From an uncultured Gemmatimonadales bacterium (GTDB lineage: Bacteria; Gemmatimonadota; Gemmatimonadetes; Gemmatimonadales; Gemmatimonadaceae): a stretch of 64,000 nt of DNA. The stretch spans positions 4,064,001 to 4,128,000 of the forward strand of contig OY969695.1 of the NCBI GenBank assembly GCA_963701965.1. The letters are read 5' to 3'. The notes beneath the pieces are model-generated. The model was not told where the DNA came from and did not search any database. It worked only from the letters and a program-made list of their open reading frames with translations. This document shows positions 10,573-19,992 of the stretch, one piece after another (within the stretch, counting starts at the first letter, position 1; the number at the start of each line of letters is the position of its first letter). The position numbers were made by a program, and so were the translations under genes.

Positions 10573-12045
10573 GTGGCCCTCGATACGATAGGAGAGCTCA
10601 TCGCGGCGCTCGATGCCGCGGGCGAGCTGCGCCGCATCCGACAGCCGGTGGCGGCGCGCCTCGAGCTGTGCGAGGTGGCGGACCGCGTCATGAAGCGCCC
10701 CGGGGGAGGGGAAGCGCTGCTCTTCGAGCACGTCGTGCTGGGCGATGGATCGCGCTCGCCGTATCCGGTCGCGATCAACCTCTTCGGCTCCGAACGCCGC
10801 ATGGCGCTCGCCCTCGGCGTCACCGCGCTCGACGAGATCGGCGCCCGCATTACCGACCTCTTGTCGACCACCGTCCCCGACGGTCTGGTCGCCAAGCTGG
10901 CGCTCCTGCCACGGCTCCTCGAGGTCGCGAAATTCCCGCCGCGCGCGCACGGCGGCCGTCCGCCGTGCCAGGAGATCGTGTGGCGCGGCGACGAGATCGA
11001 TCTCGGACGCCTCCCCATCATCACGTGCTGGCCCGAGGACGGCGGTCCCTATATCACGCTGCCGATGGTCATCTCCCGCGATCCGGTGCGCGGCATCCGG
11101 AACGTGGGCATGTACCGCGTCCAGCAGATCGGTCCCCGCACCGTCGCCATGCATTGGCAGCGGCACAAGGTGGGCGCCGCGCACTGGCGCGCGATGGCCG
11201 AGCGGGGAGAGACGATGCCGGTCTGCATCGCGGTGGGCGCCGATCCCGCGTCGGTCTACGCCGCGTCGGCGCCGCTGCCGCCGACGGTCGATGAATTCCT
11301 GTTCGCGGGCTTCCTGCGCCGGGCGCCGGTGCGCTTGGCCAAAGCGGTCACCTGCGCGCTCGATGTCCCGGCCGATGCCGAGCTCGTGCTCGAGGGCTAC
11401 ATCGATCCCCGCGAACCGCTGATCACCGAGGGGCCGTTTGGCGACCATACGGGATTCTACTCCGAGGCCGATCTCTATCCGGCGGTGCATCTCACGGCCG
11501 TCACCATGCGGCGAAATCCGGTGTATGCGACGACGATCGTGGGCCGGCCGCCGATGGAGGACTACTATCTCGGACACGCGACCGAGCGCATCTTTCTCCC
11601 GTTGCTCAAGCTGACGATCCCGGAGATCGTCGACTATCACATGCCGGCCGAGGGGATCTTCCACAACCTCGTGTTCGTCTCGATCGACAAACAGTACCCG
11701 GGCCAGGCGCACAAGGTGATGAACGCGCTGTGGGGGGCGGGGTTGATGTCGCTGGCGAAGATGATCATCGTGCTCGACAAGGATGTGAACGTGCGCGATG
11801 CGCGCGCCGCGTGGTGGATCGCCCTCAACAACATCGATCCCGAGCGCGACGCCCGGTTCACCATGGGGCCGGTCGACGTGCTGGACCACTCCAGCCGCGC
11901 CTTCACCTATGGGTCGAAGATCGGCTTCGACGCGACGCGGAAATGGCCGGAAGAGGGGTTCACGCGCCAATGGCCGCGGCTCATTGAGATGGACGCGGGC
12001 ACCAAGGCCCGCGTCGACGCGCTCTGGCCGTCGTTGGGCCTATGA
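10573..12045 (+). CDS. ubiD: UbiD-family decarboxylase (futalosine-pathway type)
   Basis: NVGMYR, EGPFGDHTGFY, GRPPMED and KIGFDAT motifs. Confidence 0.92.
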   Translation: MALDTIGELIAALDAAGELRRIRQPVAARLELCEVADRVMKRPGGGEALLFEHVVLGDGSRSPYPVAINLFGSERRMALALGVTALDEIGARITDLLSTTVPDGLVAKLALLPRLLEVAKFPPRAHGGRPPCQEIVWRGDEIDLGRLPIITCWPEDGGPYITLPMVISRDPVRGIRNVGMYRVQQIGPRTVAMHWQRHKVGAAHWRAMAERGETMPVCIAVGADPASVYAASAPLPPTVDEFLFAGFLRRAPVRLAKAVTCALDVPADAELVLEGYIDPREPLITEGPFGDHTGFYSEADLYPAVHLTAVTMRRNPVYATTIVGRPPMEDYYLGHATERIFLPLLKLTIPEIVDYHMPAEGIFHNLVFVSIDKQYPGQAHKVMNALWGAGLMSLAKMIIVLDKDVNVRDARAAWWIALNNIDPERDARFTMGPVDVLDHSSRAFTYGSKIGFDATRKWPEEGFTRQWPRLIEMDAGTKARVDALWPSLGL

Positions 12046-12951
12046 GCGACCACATGCGCGAAGGGCAGACGTTCAGCGGCGTCTCGCGCTGGATCACGTA
12101 CGCGAACTTCGTCAAGCTGCCGCACACGGTTTTCCTGCTGCCGTTCGCGCTGGTCGGGGTCACGTTCGCCAGCGCCGTCACGCCGGTGACCGGTCGCATC
12201 GTCGCTTGGGTCATCGTCGCCTTCACGGCCGCGCGCTTCGCGGCCATGGGATTCAATCGCGTCGTCGATCGCGAGATCGATGCCCGCAACCCGCGGACCG
12301 CGGGGCGCGAGTTGCCCCGCGGCGCGCTCCGTGTCGCCGAGGCCCGGTGGGCGGTCACCCTGGCCTCGCTCTTGTTCGTCGGCGCCGCGTGGATGCTCAA
12401 TCCGCTGTGCTTCGCCCTCTCGCCGTTGGCGCTGGCCTGGGTGTTCTTCTATAGCTACACCAAACGCTTCACGCGCTGGTCGCACCTGGTGCTGGGGTTT
12501 GGCCTGTCTATCGCGCCGGTCGGGGGATATCTGGCCGTGACCGGTCACTGGTCCCAGCCCTGGTGGATGCTGGTGACGCTGGCGTCCGCGGTCGCCGGCT
12601 GGTCCGGAGGCTTTGACATTCTGTACGCGCTCCAGGATGCGGCATTCGACCGGGCGCATGGACTGTATTCGCTGCCCGCGTCGCTCGGTGAGGCGGGAGC
12701 CCTGCGCGTGGCCCGCGCGCTCCACGTCATTGCCGTGGGCGCGCTGTTCCTGACCGGGATCGCGATCGCCCCGGGATGGCTCTACTGGGCCGGCTGGGTG
12801 ACGGTCGTCGTCCTGCTCGGCTACGAGCACTCGCTCGTCCGCGCCAACGACCTGTCCCGTCTGGACGCGGCGTTTTTCACGCTGAACGGGATCATTCTCG
12901 ATCCTGTTCCTGATCTTCGTCGTGGCCGACCGCGTCGCGCGCGCCTGGTGA
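12042..12951 (+). CDS. ubiA: UbiA-family prenyltransferase (MqnP-like); apparent +1 frameshift near the end
   Basis: KLPHTVF, NRVVDREID..NPRT..RELP, YSYTKRF and GFDILYALQD. Deleting one T at CATTC 12893-12897 gives ISILFLIFVVADRVARAW-stop at 12951. Confidence 0.88.
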
Positions 12952-12959
12952 CGCCCGAT

Positions 12960-13565
12960 ATGACCGCCCCACTCGTCTTCGGGATCACCGGCGCCTCCGG
13001 CGCCCCGTATGCCGTGCGCGCGCTCCAGGCGCTCGCGGCCGCGGGGCAGCCGGTCGCCCTGATCATTTCGAGTCATGGCGTACGGCTGCTCCATACGGAG
13101 ATGGGTATCCAGACACTGGATGCGCTGCGCGAAGCCGTCGGGGGCGCGGCATGGGACCAGTGGGTGACCGTGCACGACGATCGGGATCGCGGAGCGGGCC
13201 CGGCGTCGGGATCGTTCGCCAGCGCCGGCATGCTCGTCTGTCCCTGCTCCATGGGGACGTTGTCCGCGATCGCGGCGGGCAGCTCGCGTTCGTTGATCGA
13301 GCGCGCCGCCGATGTGACGCTCAAAGAGCGCCGCCGCCTCGTGCTCGTGCCGCGCGAGACGCCGCTCAGCGAGATTCACCTGCGCAACATGTTGCGGGTG
13401 ACCCGCGCGGGAGCCGTCGTGCTGCCGGCCGCACCCGGATTCTACCACCGCCCGTCCACCGTAGACGCGCTCGTCGACTTCGTCGTGGCGCGCATCCTGG
13501 ACCACGTCGGCGTGCCCCAGTCGCTCGTGCCCCGCTGGGCGGGAACGATGCCGCCGTCGCGTTGA
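12960..13565 (+). CDS. ubiX: Flavin prenyltransferase UbiX
   Basis: GITGASGA, ASGS, PCSMGTL, RAADVTLKERR..LVPRETP. Alternative GTG start at 12948. Confidence 0.92.
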   Translation: MTAPLVFGITGASGAPYAVRALQALAAAGQPVALIISSHGVRLLHTEMGIQTLDALREAVGGAAWDQWVTVHDDRDRGAGPASGSFASAGMLVCPCSMGTLSAIAAGSSRSLIERAADVTLKERRRLVLVPRETPLSEIHLRNMLRVTRAGAVVLPAAPGFYHRPSTVDALVDFVVARILDHVGVPQSLVPRWAGTMPPSR

Positions 13566-14065
13566 CGGTCCACTGGATCGGCCTCATCTCCGACACCCAC
13601 GGATTGGTCCGGGCGGAGGTGCACACGGCGCTCGCCGGGGTCGAACTGATCTTGCACGCGGGCGACGTCGGCGGCGCCGCGATCCTCGACGAACTGTCGC
13701 TCATCGCGCCGGTCAAGGCCGTCGCCGGCAACACGGACGCGCCTGACGATGTTCGCTTGCGAGACGTGCTCGTCGAGACGGTCGATGGCCTGACCATTCA
13801 CGTGTCGCACGGCCATGAGCTGGGAAGCCCCACGCCGGCGGCGCTGCTCGCCCGCTACCCGGACCAGATCATCGTGTATGGGCACACGCACATCGCGCGG
13901 GTGGAGCGCGCTGGCGACCGGTGGGTCGTGAACCCCGGCGCCGCCGGGCCGCGCCGGTTCGGCGCGCGCCCGAGTGTGGCAAAGCTGCGGTTGGAAGGTG
14001 GGACGGTGGCAGTGGAGGTAATTTCGCTGGCGCTCCGCGCAGCGGAGCGCAGTTCAACCGACTGA
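13562..14065 (+). CDS. YfcE-like metallophosphoesterase
   Basis: SDTHG, HAGD, GNTD, SHGH, YGHTH and NPG motifs; C-terminus runs into the first repeat unit. Confidence 0.88.
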   Translation: MTVHWIGLISDTHGLVRAEVHTALAGVELILHAGDVGGAAILDELSLIAPVKAVAGNTDAPDDVRLRDVLVETVDGLTIHVSHGHELGSPTPAALLARYPDQIIVYGHTHIARVERAGDRWVVNPGAAGPRRFGARPSVAKLRLEGGTVAVEVISLALRAAERSSTD

Positions 14066-14289
14066 TCGAGCAGGTGCGTTGTTAGCACCTGGCTGGCGCT
14101 CCGCGCAGCGGAGCGCAGTTCAACCGACTGATCGAGCAGGTGCGTTGTTAGCACCTGGCTGGCGCTCCGCGCAGCGGAGCGCAGTTCAACCGACTGATCT
14201 AGCAGGTGCGTTTTTAGCACCTGGCTGGCGCTCCGCGCAGCGGAGCGCAGTTCAACCGACTGATCTAGCAGGTGCGTTTTTAGCACCTG
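14026..14289. repeat. Tandem array of four 66-bp double-hairpin units
   Basis: Units start at 14026, 14092, 14158 and 14224: GCGCTCCGC-GCA-GCGGAGCGC, AGTTCAACCGACTGATC, then AGCAGGTGC-GTT(G/T)TTA-GCACCTG. Confidence 0.97.
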
Positions 14290-14290
14290 C

Positions 14291-14509
14291 CTAGATCACG
14301 CGAAAGTGTGACGATGGATAGAGAAAATCATCGTCCGAGTCGTCGTTGATGCGATAGAGTGCGCCATTCGCCTCGACGGCCAACAGCTCGTAGATCCGCC
14401 CCAGCGTCAGATCGTGACACCCGCCCGGCTCGTCCTCGCCCGGTATCTTGAGCCAAGGCTCGACGCTGATGCACTGGACCAGAGTCGTTGGCTCCCACGA
14501 AGTCGCCAT
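14291..14509 (-). CDS. Small acidic hypothetical protein (72 aa)
   Basis: GGGAG SD before the ATG; LTLGRIYE...YRINDDSDDDFLYP beta-rich pattern; stop TAG lies in the terminal CTAG of the repeat array. Confidence 0.6.
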   Translation of the reverse strand: MATSWEPTTLVQCISVEPWLKIPGEDEPGGCHDLTLGRIYELLAVEANGALYRINDDSDDDFLYPSSHFRVI

Positions 14510-14540
14510 CGGTTCCGCTCCCGTGTAGAAGAGATGGCGG

Positions 14541-15665
14541 TCATGGCGTGCAAGAGGCCGGCCACGCGGACCGGGCAAGCTCGGCCGGATTGCGGCGGAA
14601 CCACGACGACAACAGTTGCAACTCGTCGATTTCATGCGCGGGAACAGCCAGTGGCGCGCCCGCGCGTGGCGCGAACACATCCTGCACGACGGCGCGCCAG
14701 GCCCGGCGCTCCGCCGCCGAGCGCGGCGCCGCCCGTTCCGCGCGCACGCAACCACGCCGGATGGCGTACACATGCTCGGCGCCATCCCAGCCGGCGACGG
14801 AATACACGAAGGACAGTGTCTCGACGGCGAAGCGTAACTGGCTGAATTGTTCGCGCAGGCTTTCCAGTCGCTTGAGCTTGTCCCGGATCGCCGCGGCCCG
14901 CTCGAACTCGAGCCGTTCGCTCGCGGCCTCCATCGCGCTGGCCAGCGCGGCGAGCGGGCCCGCGTCCGTCCCGTCGAAGAACGCGCGTGCCGCGCGGACT
15001 TGGGACTGGTATTGGGCGACGGAGCAGCCGCCGACGCAGGGGCCGAGGCACTTCCCGATCTCGTGCCGGATGCAGCCGGGCGTGCGCAGCGGTACGGCGG
15101 TGACATCGAACAGCTCGCGCTGGTCGCTGAAATGCATCGGCACCGGGTTCGCGCAATCCCGGAGACCGAGCGCGTCACTGAGCTCGCGCACCGCCTCGCT
15201 CAACTGCCGGGCGCCCCGAAACGGCCCGTAGTAGACATCGGCCTCGTCGGCGCCGCTCGGCGTGCGCACGACGAGCAACTTGGGCGCGGGCGGGCCGCTG
15301 ATCTTGATGAACGCGTAGTGCCGGGCGTCCTGCTTCATCGCCACGTTGAACCGCGGGCGAAAGCGCTTGATCAACCGCAGCTCCGCGAGAAGCGCCGCGA
15401 ACTCGCTCGGCCAGTACTCCCAGTCGATCGTGCGCGCTTCCCGCAGAATCCGCGCTCCTTTGTCCGCGGGATAGGCGCACCGGAAATAACTGAGAAGGCG
15501 CGACCGGATATGCTTGGATTTTCCGACGTACAGAATCTCGCCATCGGCAGCCAGCATGCGATACGTGCCCGGCCGGTCCCTGGCGCCCCCGCGCACGGTG
15601 GCGCGCATGGCCTTGAGCTCATCGTCCGTGGCGACCGCGCGCTGCGACGCCGGAGAGCGGCGCAT
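14541..15665 (-). CDS. UvrC N-terminal-like (Cho-like) GIY-YIG nuclease with Cys cluster and UVR domain
   Basis: PGTY...LYVGKS..IRSRLLSYF, E..LIK...PRFN, CIRHEIGKCLGPC and FERAAAIRD; lacks the C-terminal RNase H/HhH half. Confidence 0.85.
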   Translation of the reverse strand: MRRSPASQRAVATDDELKAMRATVRGGARDRPGTYRMLAADGEILYVGKSKHIRSRLLSYFRCAYPADKGARILREARTIDWEYWPSEFAALLAELRLIKRFRPRFNVAMKQDARHYAFIKISGPPAPKLLVVRTPSGADEADVYYGPFRGARQLSEAVRELSDALGLRDCANPVPMHFSDQRELFDVTAVPLRTPGCIRHEIGKCLGPCVGGCSVAQYQSQVRAARAFFDGTDAGPLAALASAMEAASERLEFERAAAIRDKLKRLESLREQFSQLRFAVETLSFVYSVAGWDGAEHVYAIRRGCVRAERAAPRSAAERRAWRAVVQDVFAPRAGAPLAVPAHEIDELQLLSSWFRRNPAELARSAWPASCTP

Positions 15666-16492
15666 TACCGCTGGCAGTGGGCGCAGAATACCGTAGCGCG
15701 CCCGTCGATCGCGTGGGTGCCCACGAGCCGCGCCCCGCACCGGGTACACGGCCGTCCCGCGCGGCCGTAGGCGTCGAGACGCGCGGCGAACGCACCGCGG
15801 GCGCCGCTGGCGTCGCGATAGTCGCGAAAGCTCGTCCCGCGGGCCGCGACCGCCTCGTCGAGCACGGCCACCAGCGCATCCCGTAAGCGCGCGGCCTCGT
15901 CCGGCGCGATCCGCCGCGCTTCGCGCGATGGGTCGAGCCCGGCGCGCCACAGCGCTTCGTTCGCGTAGATGTTGCCGACGCCGGCTATGTGCCGCTGATC
16001 CATGAGCACCCGCTTTACCGCCTGCCGCGACCGCGAGAGGAGCGCAGAGAGATGCGCCGGCGTGAACGCGGAATCAAGGGGCTCGACGCCAAGCCGGCCG
16101 GAATACGCGTCGAACCGGGCGGGTGTCATCAACGCGACCGTGCCCAGTCGCCGCACATCGCGATACAGGAGTCGGCGCCCGTCGTCGAGCGTGAAAGCGA
16201 CGGCAATGTAGCGGCGCGCGCCTTCGTCGAGCGCGCCGTCGTCGATCAAGAGGGCGCCGGTGAATCGCGGTTGGACGGCGAGGCGGTCGCCCGTCGAGAG
16301 ATCGAGGACGACGAGCTTGGCGCGGCGCCAGGCCCGCACGATCGTCGCGCCGGTGACGCGGCGTCTCAAGCCGCGGGCGTCGACGTCCCGGAGGACATCG
16401 GGGTGCGGCACCGCGACCCCGGTGATGCGGTTCCCAACGATTGCCCGGTCGAGGTCCCGGGCGATCGTCTCGGTCTCAGGTAGCTCGGGAAT
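15665..16492 (-). CDS. mutM: Formamidopyrimidine-DNA glycosylase
   Basis: PELPE N-terminus, RRAK, GVGNIYANE and zinc finger C..CG...C..CQ. The codon before Pro is ATT, not ATG. Confidence 0.93.
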   Translation of the reverse strand: MPELPETETIARDLDRAIVGNRITGVAVPHPDVLRDVDARGLRRRVTGATIVRAWRRAKLVVLDLSTGDRLAVQPRFTGALLIDDGALDEGARRYIAVAFTLDDGRRLLYRDVRRLGTVALMTPARFDAYSGRLGVEPLDSAFTPAHLSALLSRSRQAVKRVLMDQRHIAGVGNIYANEALWRAGLDPSREARRIAPDEAARLRDALVAVLDEAVAARGTSFRDYRDASGARGAFAARLDAYGRAGRPCTRCGARLVGTHAIDGRATVFCAHCQR

Positions 16493-17765
16493 AGGCGCGC
16501 CAGCCAATGTCGGTGCGGTACTGCATGCCGTCGAACGCGATGCGCCCGACGAACGCGGCACTCTGCGCTTGCGCATCGGCCAGAGACGGCCCGACCGCCG
16601 TGACGCCGAGGACGCGGCCGCCGGCGGTGACGAGGCGTCCGGCTCCGTCGCGGGCCGTGCCGGCATGAAAGACGGTCACGCCGTCGGGCAGAACGTCGGG
16701 GATGGTGATGACATCGCCGAGTCGCGGTCGCTCGGGATACCCTGCGGCGGCGATGACGGTGGTCACGGCGTACGGCGATGGCGGGCCATCGCGGTCGAGC
16801 GAGGGCAGGGGCGCCCCGGTCGCCACCGCGCGCAATACTTCGCCCAGGCCACCGTGGGTCAACGGCATGATGGCTTGGGTCTCCGGATCGCCAAAGCGGC
16901 AGTTGAACTCGATGACCCTCGGGCCCTCCGCGGTCAACATCATGCCGGCGTAAAGGAGCCCGGTGAACGGCCGGCCGCGCTCCCGCATGGCATCGAGCGT
17001 GGGCCGCATGATGCTGGCCGCGATGTCGCGCGCGAACGCCATCGGGCTCTCGCCATCACTTCCATAAGGAGCGTACGCGCCCATGCCGCCCGTATTGGGT
17101 CCGCGATCCCCATCGAGCAGTCGCTTGTGATCCTGCGCCGGGATGAGCGGCACGATGCGCTCGCCATCGGTGATGCCAAAGACCGAGACCTCTTCGCCGC
17201 GCAGGAATTCTTCGACGAGGATCTCGACCCCGGCGGCGCCGAAGGCGCCACGCGTCAGCATGGCATCGATCGCGTCGTCCGCTTGCGCCAGATCCTCGGC
17301 GACGATGACGCCTTTGCCCGCCGCCAACCCGGACGCCTTGATCACCACGGGCGCGCCAAAGGACCGCGCAGCCCGCTTCGCGGCCGCGGCGTCGGTGTGA
17401 CGCTCGGCGCGGCCCGTGGGTACGCCCGCGTCGATCATCAACAGCTTGGCGAATGCTTTCGACGTCTCGATCTCGGCCGCCGCCCGGGTGGGCCCAAACA
17501 CGGGCAACTTTTCCTGGCGAAATCGATCAACCAACCCGGCGGCCAATGGTGCTTCCGGTCCCACCAGGGTGTAGGCCGGTCCCTCGGCGCGCGCGAGCGC
17601 TGCCAGCGCGTCGATGTCCGTCACCGCTACGGGGACGCAGCGCCCGAGAGTGGCCAGGCCAGGGTTGCCGGGCGCCGCGACAATCTCGATCGCCGGGTCA
17701 TCGCGGACGAACCGCCAGGCGAGCGCATGTTCGCGCCCGCCACCCCCGACGATGAGAACCTTCAC
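16476..17765 (-). CDS. purD: Phosphoribosylamine--glycine ligase
   Basis: GGGGREHAL, GPEAPL, KASGLAAGKGV, QDHKR, GPNTGGMG and EFNCRFGDPE. Confidence 0.96.
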   Translation of the reverse strand: MKVLIVGGGGREHALAWRFVRDDPAIEIVAAPGNPGLATLGRCVPVAVTDIDALAALARAEGPAYTLVGPEAPLAAGLVDRFRQEKLPVFGPTRAAAEIETSKAFAKLLMIDAGVPTGRAERHTDAAAAKRAARSFGAPVVIKASGLAAGKGVIVAEDLAQADDAIDAMLTRGAFGAAGVEILVEEFLRGEEVSVFGITDGERIVPLIPAQDHKRLLDGDRGPNTGGMGAYAPYGSDGESPMAFARDIAASIMRPTLDAMRERGRPFTGLLYAGMMLTAEGPRVIEFNCRFGDPETQAIMPLTHGGLGEVLRAVATGAPLPSLDRDGPPSPYAVTTVIAAAGYPERPRLGDVITIPDVLPDGVTVFHAGTARDGAGRLVTAGGRVLGVTAVGPSLADAQAQSAAFVGRIAFDGMQYRTDIGWRAYSRAT

Positions 17766-18766
17766 TTCTTGCGGAACGCCGACGAGAACGCGTCGCGCGC
17801 CCGATCGACGACACCTTCCAGTTCGCCGAGCGCGGACTTCGCGCGTTGGCCATAATATCCGGCCGCTTCGGCGTAGTCGGTCTTGAGATCCCGATCGTCT
17901 TCGGTGCCGCGGCGGGGATAGTCGCCGCCCAGGATCTTGGCGTAGGCGCCACTCGCCACCCAGCGTTGCAACTCCGCGACCCGGACGGTGGCGAAGGGAT
18001 GGTCGCGCCCGGCGGTATTCAGCATCTTGAGCACGCTGTCCCACACGCCGCCGGTCGCCTCGTATTCGGCGGCCTGTTTCAGAAACTCGTCGAGGCTGAT
18101 CTCGTCATCGCCCGCGTGCCCGCCGGCCATGAGGAAATACGTCATCATAGACTTCTCGACATCCTGCGAGCCGAGGAGGCCAGCGCGATCCGATGACAAC
18201 TCGGCCTTGCGATACCATTCGAGCAGAGCCAGTCGGAACGGAAGGAGCGCGATCTCGGCGAGAAAGGGCAAATTGGCCAGGCCGAACTGCAGCAGGATGA
18301 TCGCGATCGTGCTGTAGGTGACGTGTCCGCTGGCGATGTGCCCCAGCTCGTGCGCCAGCACCTCGCGTTGCTCCTCGCGATCCAGGAGCCGCAGCGTCGC
18401 CGAGTTGAGCACGACGAACGGATCGTCGAATCCGACCGCTGCCGCGTTCACGAATGGCGTCTGCGTGACATACAGCTGGGGGCGGGACGGCCAATCGAAC
18501 GTCGCCAGCACCTCGGTCCACAGTGCGTCGAGCTTGGGCCGCTGCCGTGGCCCCACGCGGACGGCGTTGGCCGTAAACAAATGCCGAATACCCCGCTCGC
18601 CAATGAGCCCCGCGATCTTGCGGACGATCTCGTCAAAGCCCGGCAGGGCCCGCAGCGTCTGCAGCGCCGCCCGATCCGCCGGGTGCTCCCAGGCGACGGA
18701 TGAAATCTGCGTCAACGTCACCCGTTTGCCGTTGGGCGTCGGGACCTGCACCGGTAAGTCGCTCAT
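17762..18766 (-). CDS. M48-family Zn metallopeptidase
   Basis: WEHPAD, AHELGH, AELSSDRAG and HPF...R. Confidence 0.9.
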   Translation of the reverse strand: MSDLPVQVPTPNGKRVTLTQISSVAWEHPADRAALQTLRALPGFDEIVRKIAGLIGERGIRHLFTANAVRVGPRQRPKLDALWTEVLATFDWPSRPQLYVTQTPFVNAAAVGFDDPFVVLNSATLRLLDREEQREVLAHELGHIASGHVTYSTIAIILLQFGLANLPFLAEIALLPFRLALLEWYRKAELSSDRAGLLGSQDVEKSMMTYFLMAGGHAGDDEISLDEFLKQAAEYEATGGVWDSVLKMLNTAGRDHPFATVRVAELQRWVASGAYAKILGGDYPRRGTEDDRDLKTDYAEAAGYYGQRAKSALGELEGVVDRARDAFSSAFRKK

Positions 18767-18788
18767 GAATACCTCCGTTAGCCCCCCT

Positions 18789-18815
18789 TACGGAGAGCCG
18801 TCGGCTCCGGTTACA
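18789..18815 (-). promoter_or_regulatory. Putative ECF promoter TGTAAC-N17-CGTA upstream of the M48 peptidase
   Basis: ECF consensus match, followed by a GGAGG SD and the ATG at 18766. Confidence 0.55.
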
Positions 18816-19986
18816 CCTGCCGGAATGCCTGTTCGAGATCCTCCAGCAGATCGTCGACGTCCTCGACCCCGCACGAGAGACGGACGAGGCCGTCACCCAG
18901 GCCAAGGTGCTCCCGGAATTCTCCGGGGACAGCGGCGTGCGTCATCGAGGCGGGATGGCTGATCAGGCTCTCGACGCCCCCCAGAGACTCGGCCAGGGAG
19001 AAGACGCGCACGCCTTCGAGCAGGCGCTGCGCGCAGTCGCGCGTGCCGAGATCGATGCTGATCATTCCGCCAAATCCGCTCATCTGCCGCGCGGCCAACT
19101 CATGCTGCGGATGCGACGGCAGCCCGGGATAGATCACCCGATCGGCGCCCAGACGGTCCGCGAGCCAGGCCGCGACTTGCCGACCGTTTGAGTCATGGCG
19201 CGGCATGCGCAAATGCAGCGTCTTGGTACCCCGGAGCGCGAGCCAGGAATCGAACGGTCCCGGCACGGCGCCGGAGGCGTTTTGCAGGAACGTGAGGCGC
19301 TCCCCCAGGGCATCGTCGCGGACGACCGCCAGACCGCCGACCATGTCGCTGTGGCCATTGAGATACTTGGTCGTCGAATGAAAGACGATGTCAGCGCCGC
19401 TCCCGATCTCAAACGGCCGTTGGAAAAACGGAGTCGCGAACGTATTGTCCACGATCAAGAGCGCGCCGGCGCGATGGGCGATCTCGGCAGTAGCGGCCAG
19501 ATCGGCGATCCGCATGAGCGGGTTGGTCGGGGTCTCCATGATGACCGCCACGGTGCCCGGCGTGCACGCATCGGCGATGCGTTGCGGGTCGCGGGCGTCG
19601 GCATAGCTGAACCGGAGTCCGAAATGGGACAAAACCCGCTCGAACAGCCGGAACGTGCCGCCGTAGACGTTGTCCCCGCACACGACGTGGTCGCCGGCAC
19701 GGAAGAGTTTCATGATCGTGTCCAAGCATCCCATACCGCTGGAGAACGCGAATCCGTGCCGCCCCCCTTCCAGGGCGGCCACATTTCGTTCGAGGGCCTC
19801 TCTGGTGGGATTCGTGCCCCGCGCGTATTCGTACCCCTTGTGCCGGCCGAGACCGTCCTGTACGTAAGTGGATGTTTGGTAAATCGGAGTCATGACAGCA
19901 CCGGACACAGGGTCGGGTCGCTGTCCCGCGTGGATCGCGCGAGTCGCGAAGCGCGCGGTTAGGTCGTCGTCAAAGACGCGAGTCAT
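18811..19986 (-). CDS. Cystathionine gamma-synthase/lyase family PLP enzyme
   Basis: PIYQTST, YAR..NPT, ETPTNP, DNTFATP, STTKYLNGHSD and AESLGGVESL. Confidence 0.92.
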   Translation of the reverse strand: MTRVFDDDLTARFATRAIHAGQRPDPVSGAVMTPIYQTSTYVQDGLGRHKGYEYARGTNPTREALERNVAALEGGRHGFAFSSGMGCLDTIMKLFRAGDHVVCGDNVYGGTFRLFERVLSHFGLRFSYADARDPQRIADACTPGTVAVIMETPTNPLMRIADLAATAEIAHRAGALLIVDNTFATPFFQRPFEIGSGADIVFHSTTKYLNGHSDMVGGLAVVRDDALGERLTFLQNASGAVPGPFDSWLALRGTKTLHLRMPRHDSNGRQVAAWLADRLGADRVIYPGLPSHPQHELAARQMSGFGGMISIDLGTRDCAQRLLEGVRVFSLAESLGGVESLISHPASMTHAAVPGEFREHLGLGDGLVRLSCGVEDVDDLLEDLEQAFRQV

Positions 19987-19992
19987 GGAGCG

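Noticed and set aside
12042..13565. UbiA-UbiX fusion protein shown in the ORF track
   Set aside because: Caused by one extra T at CATTC 12893; correction restores a hydrophobic UbiA C-terminus, a stop at 12951 and a separate ubiX.
14026..14289. CRISPR array interpretation of the 66-bp and 68-bp repeats
   Set aside because: Units are contiguous with no unique spacers, and no cas genes are in the window.
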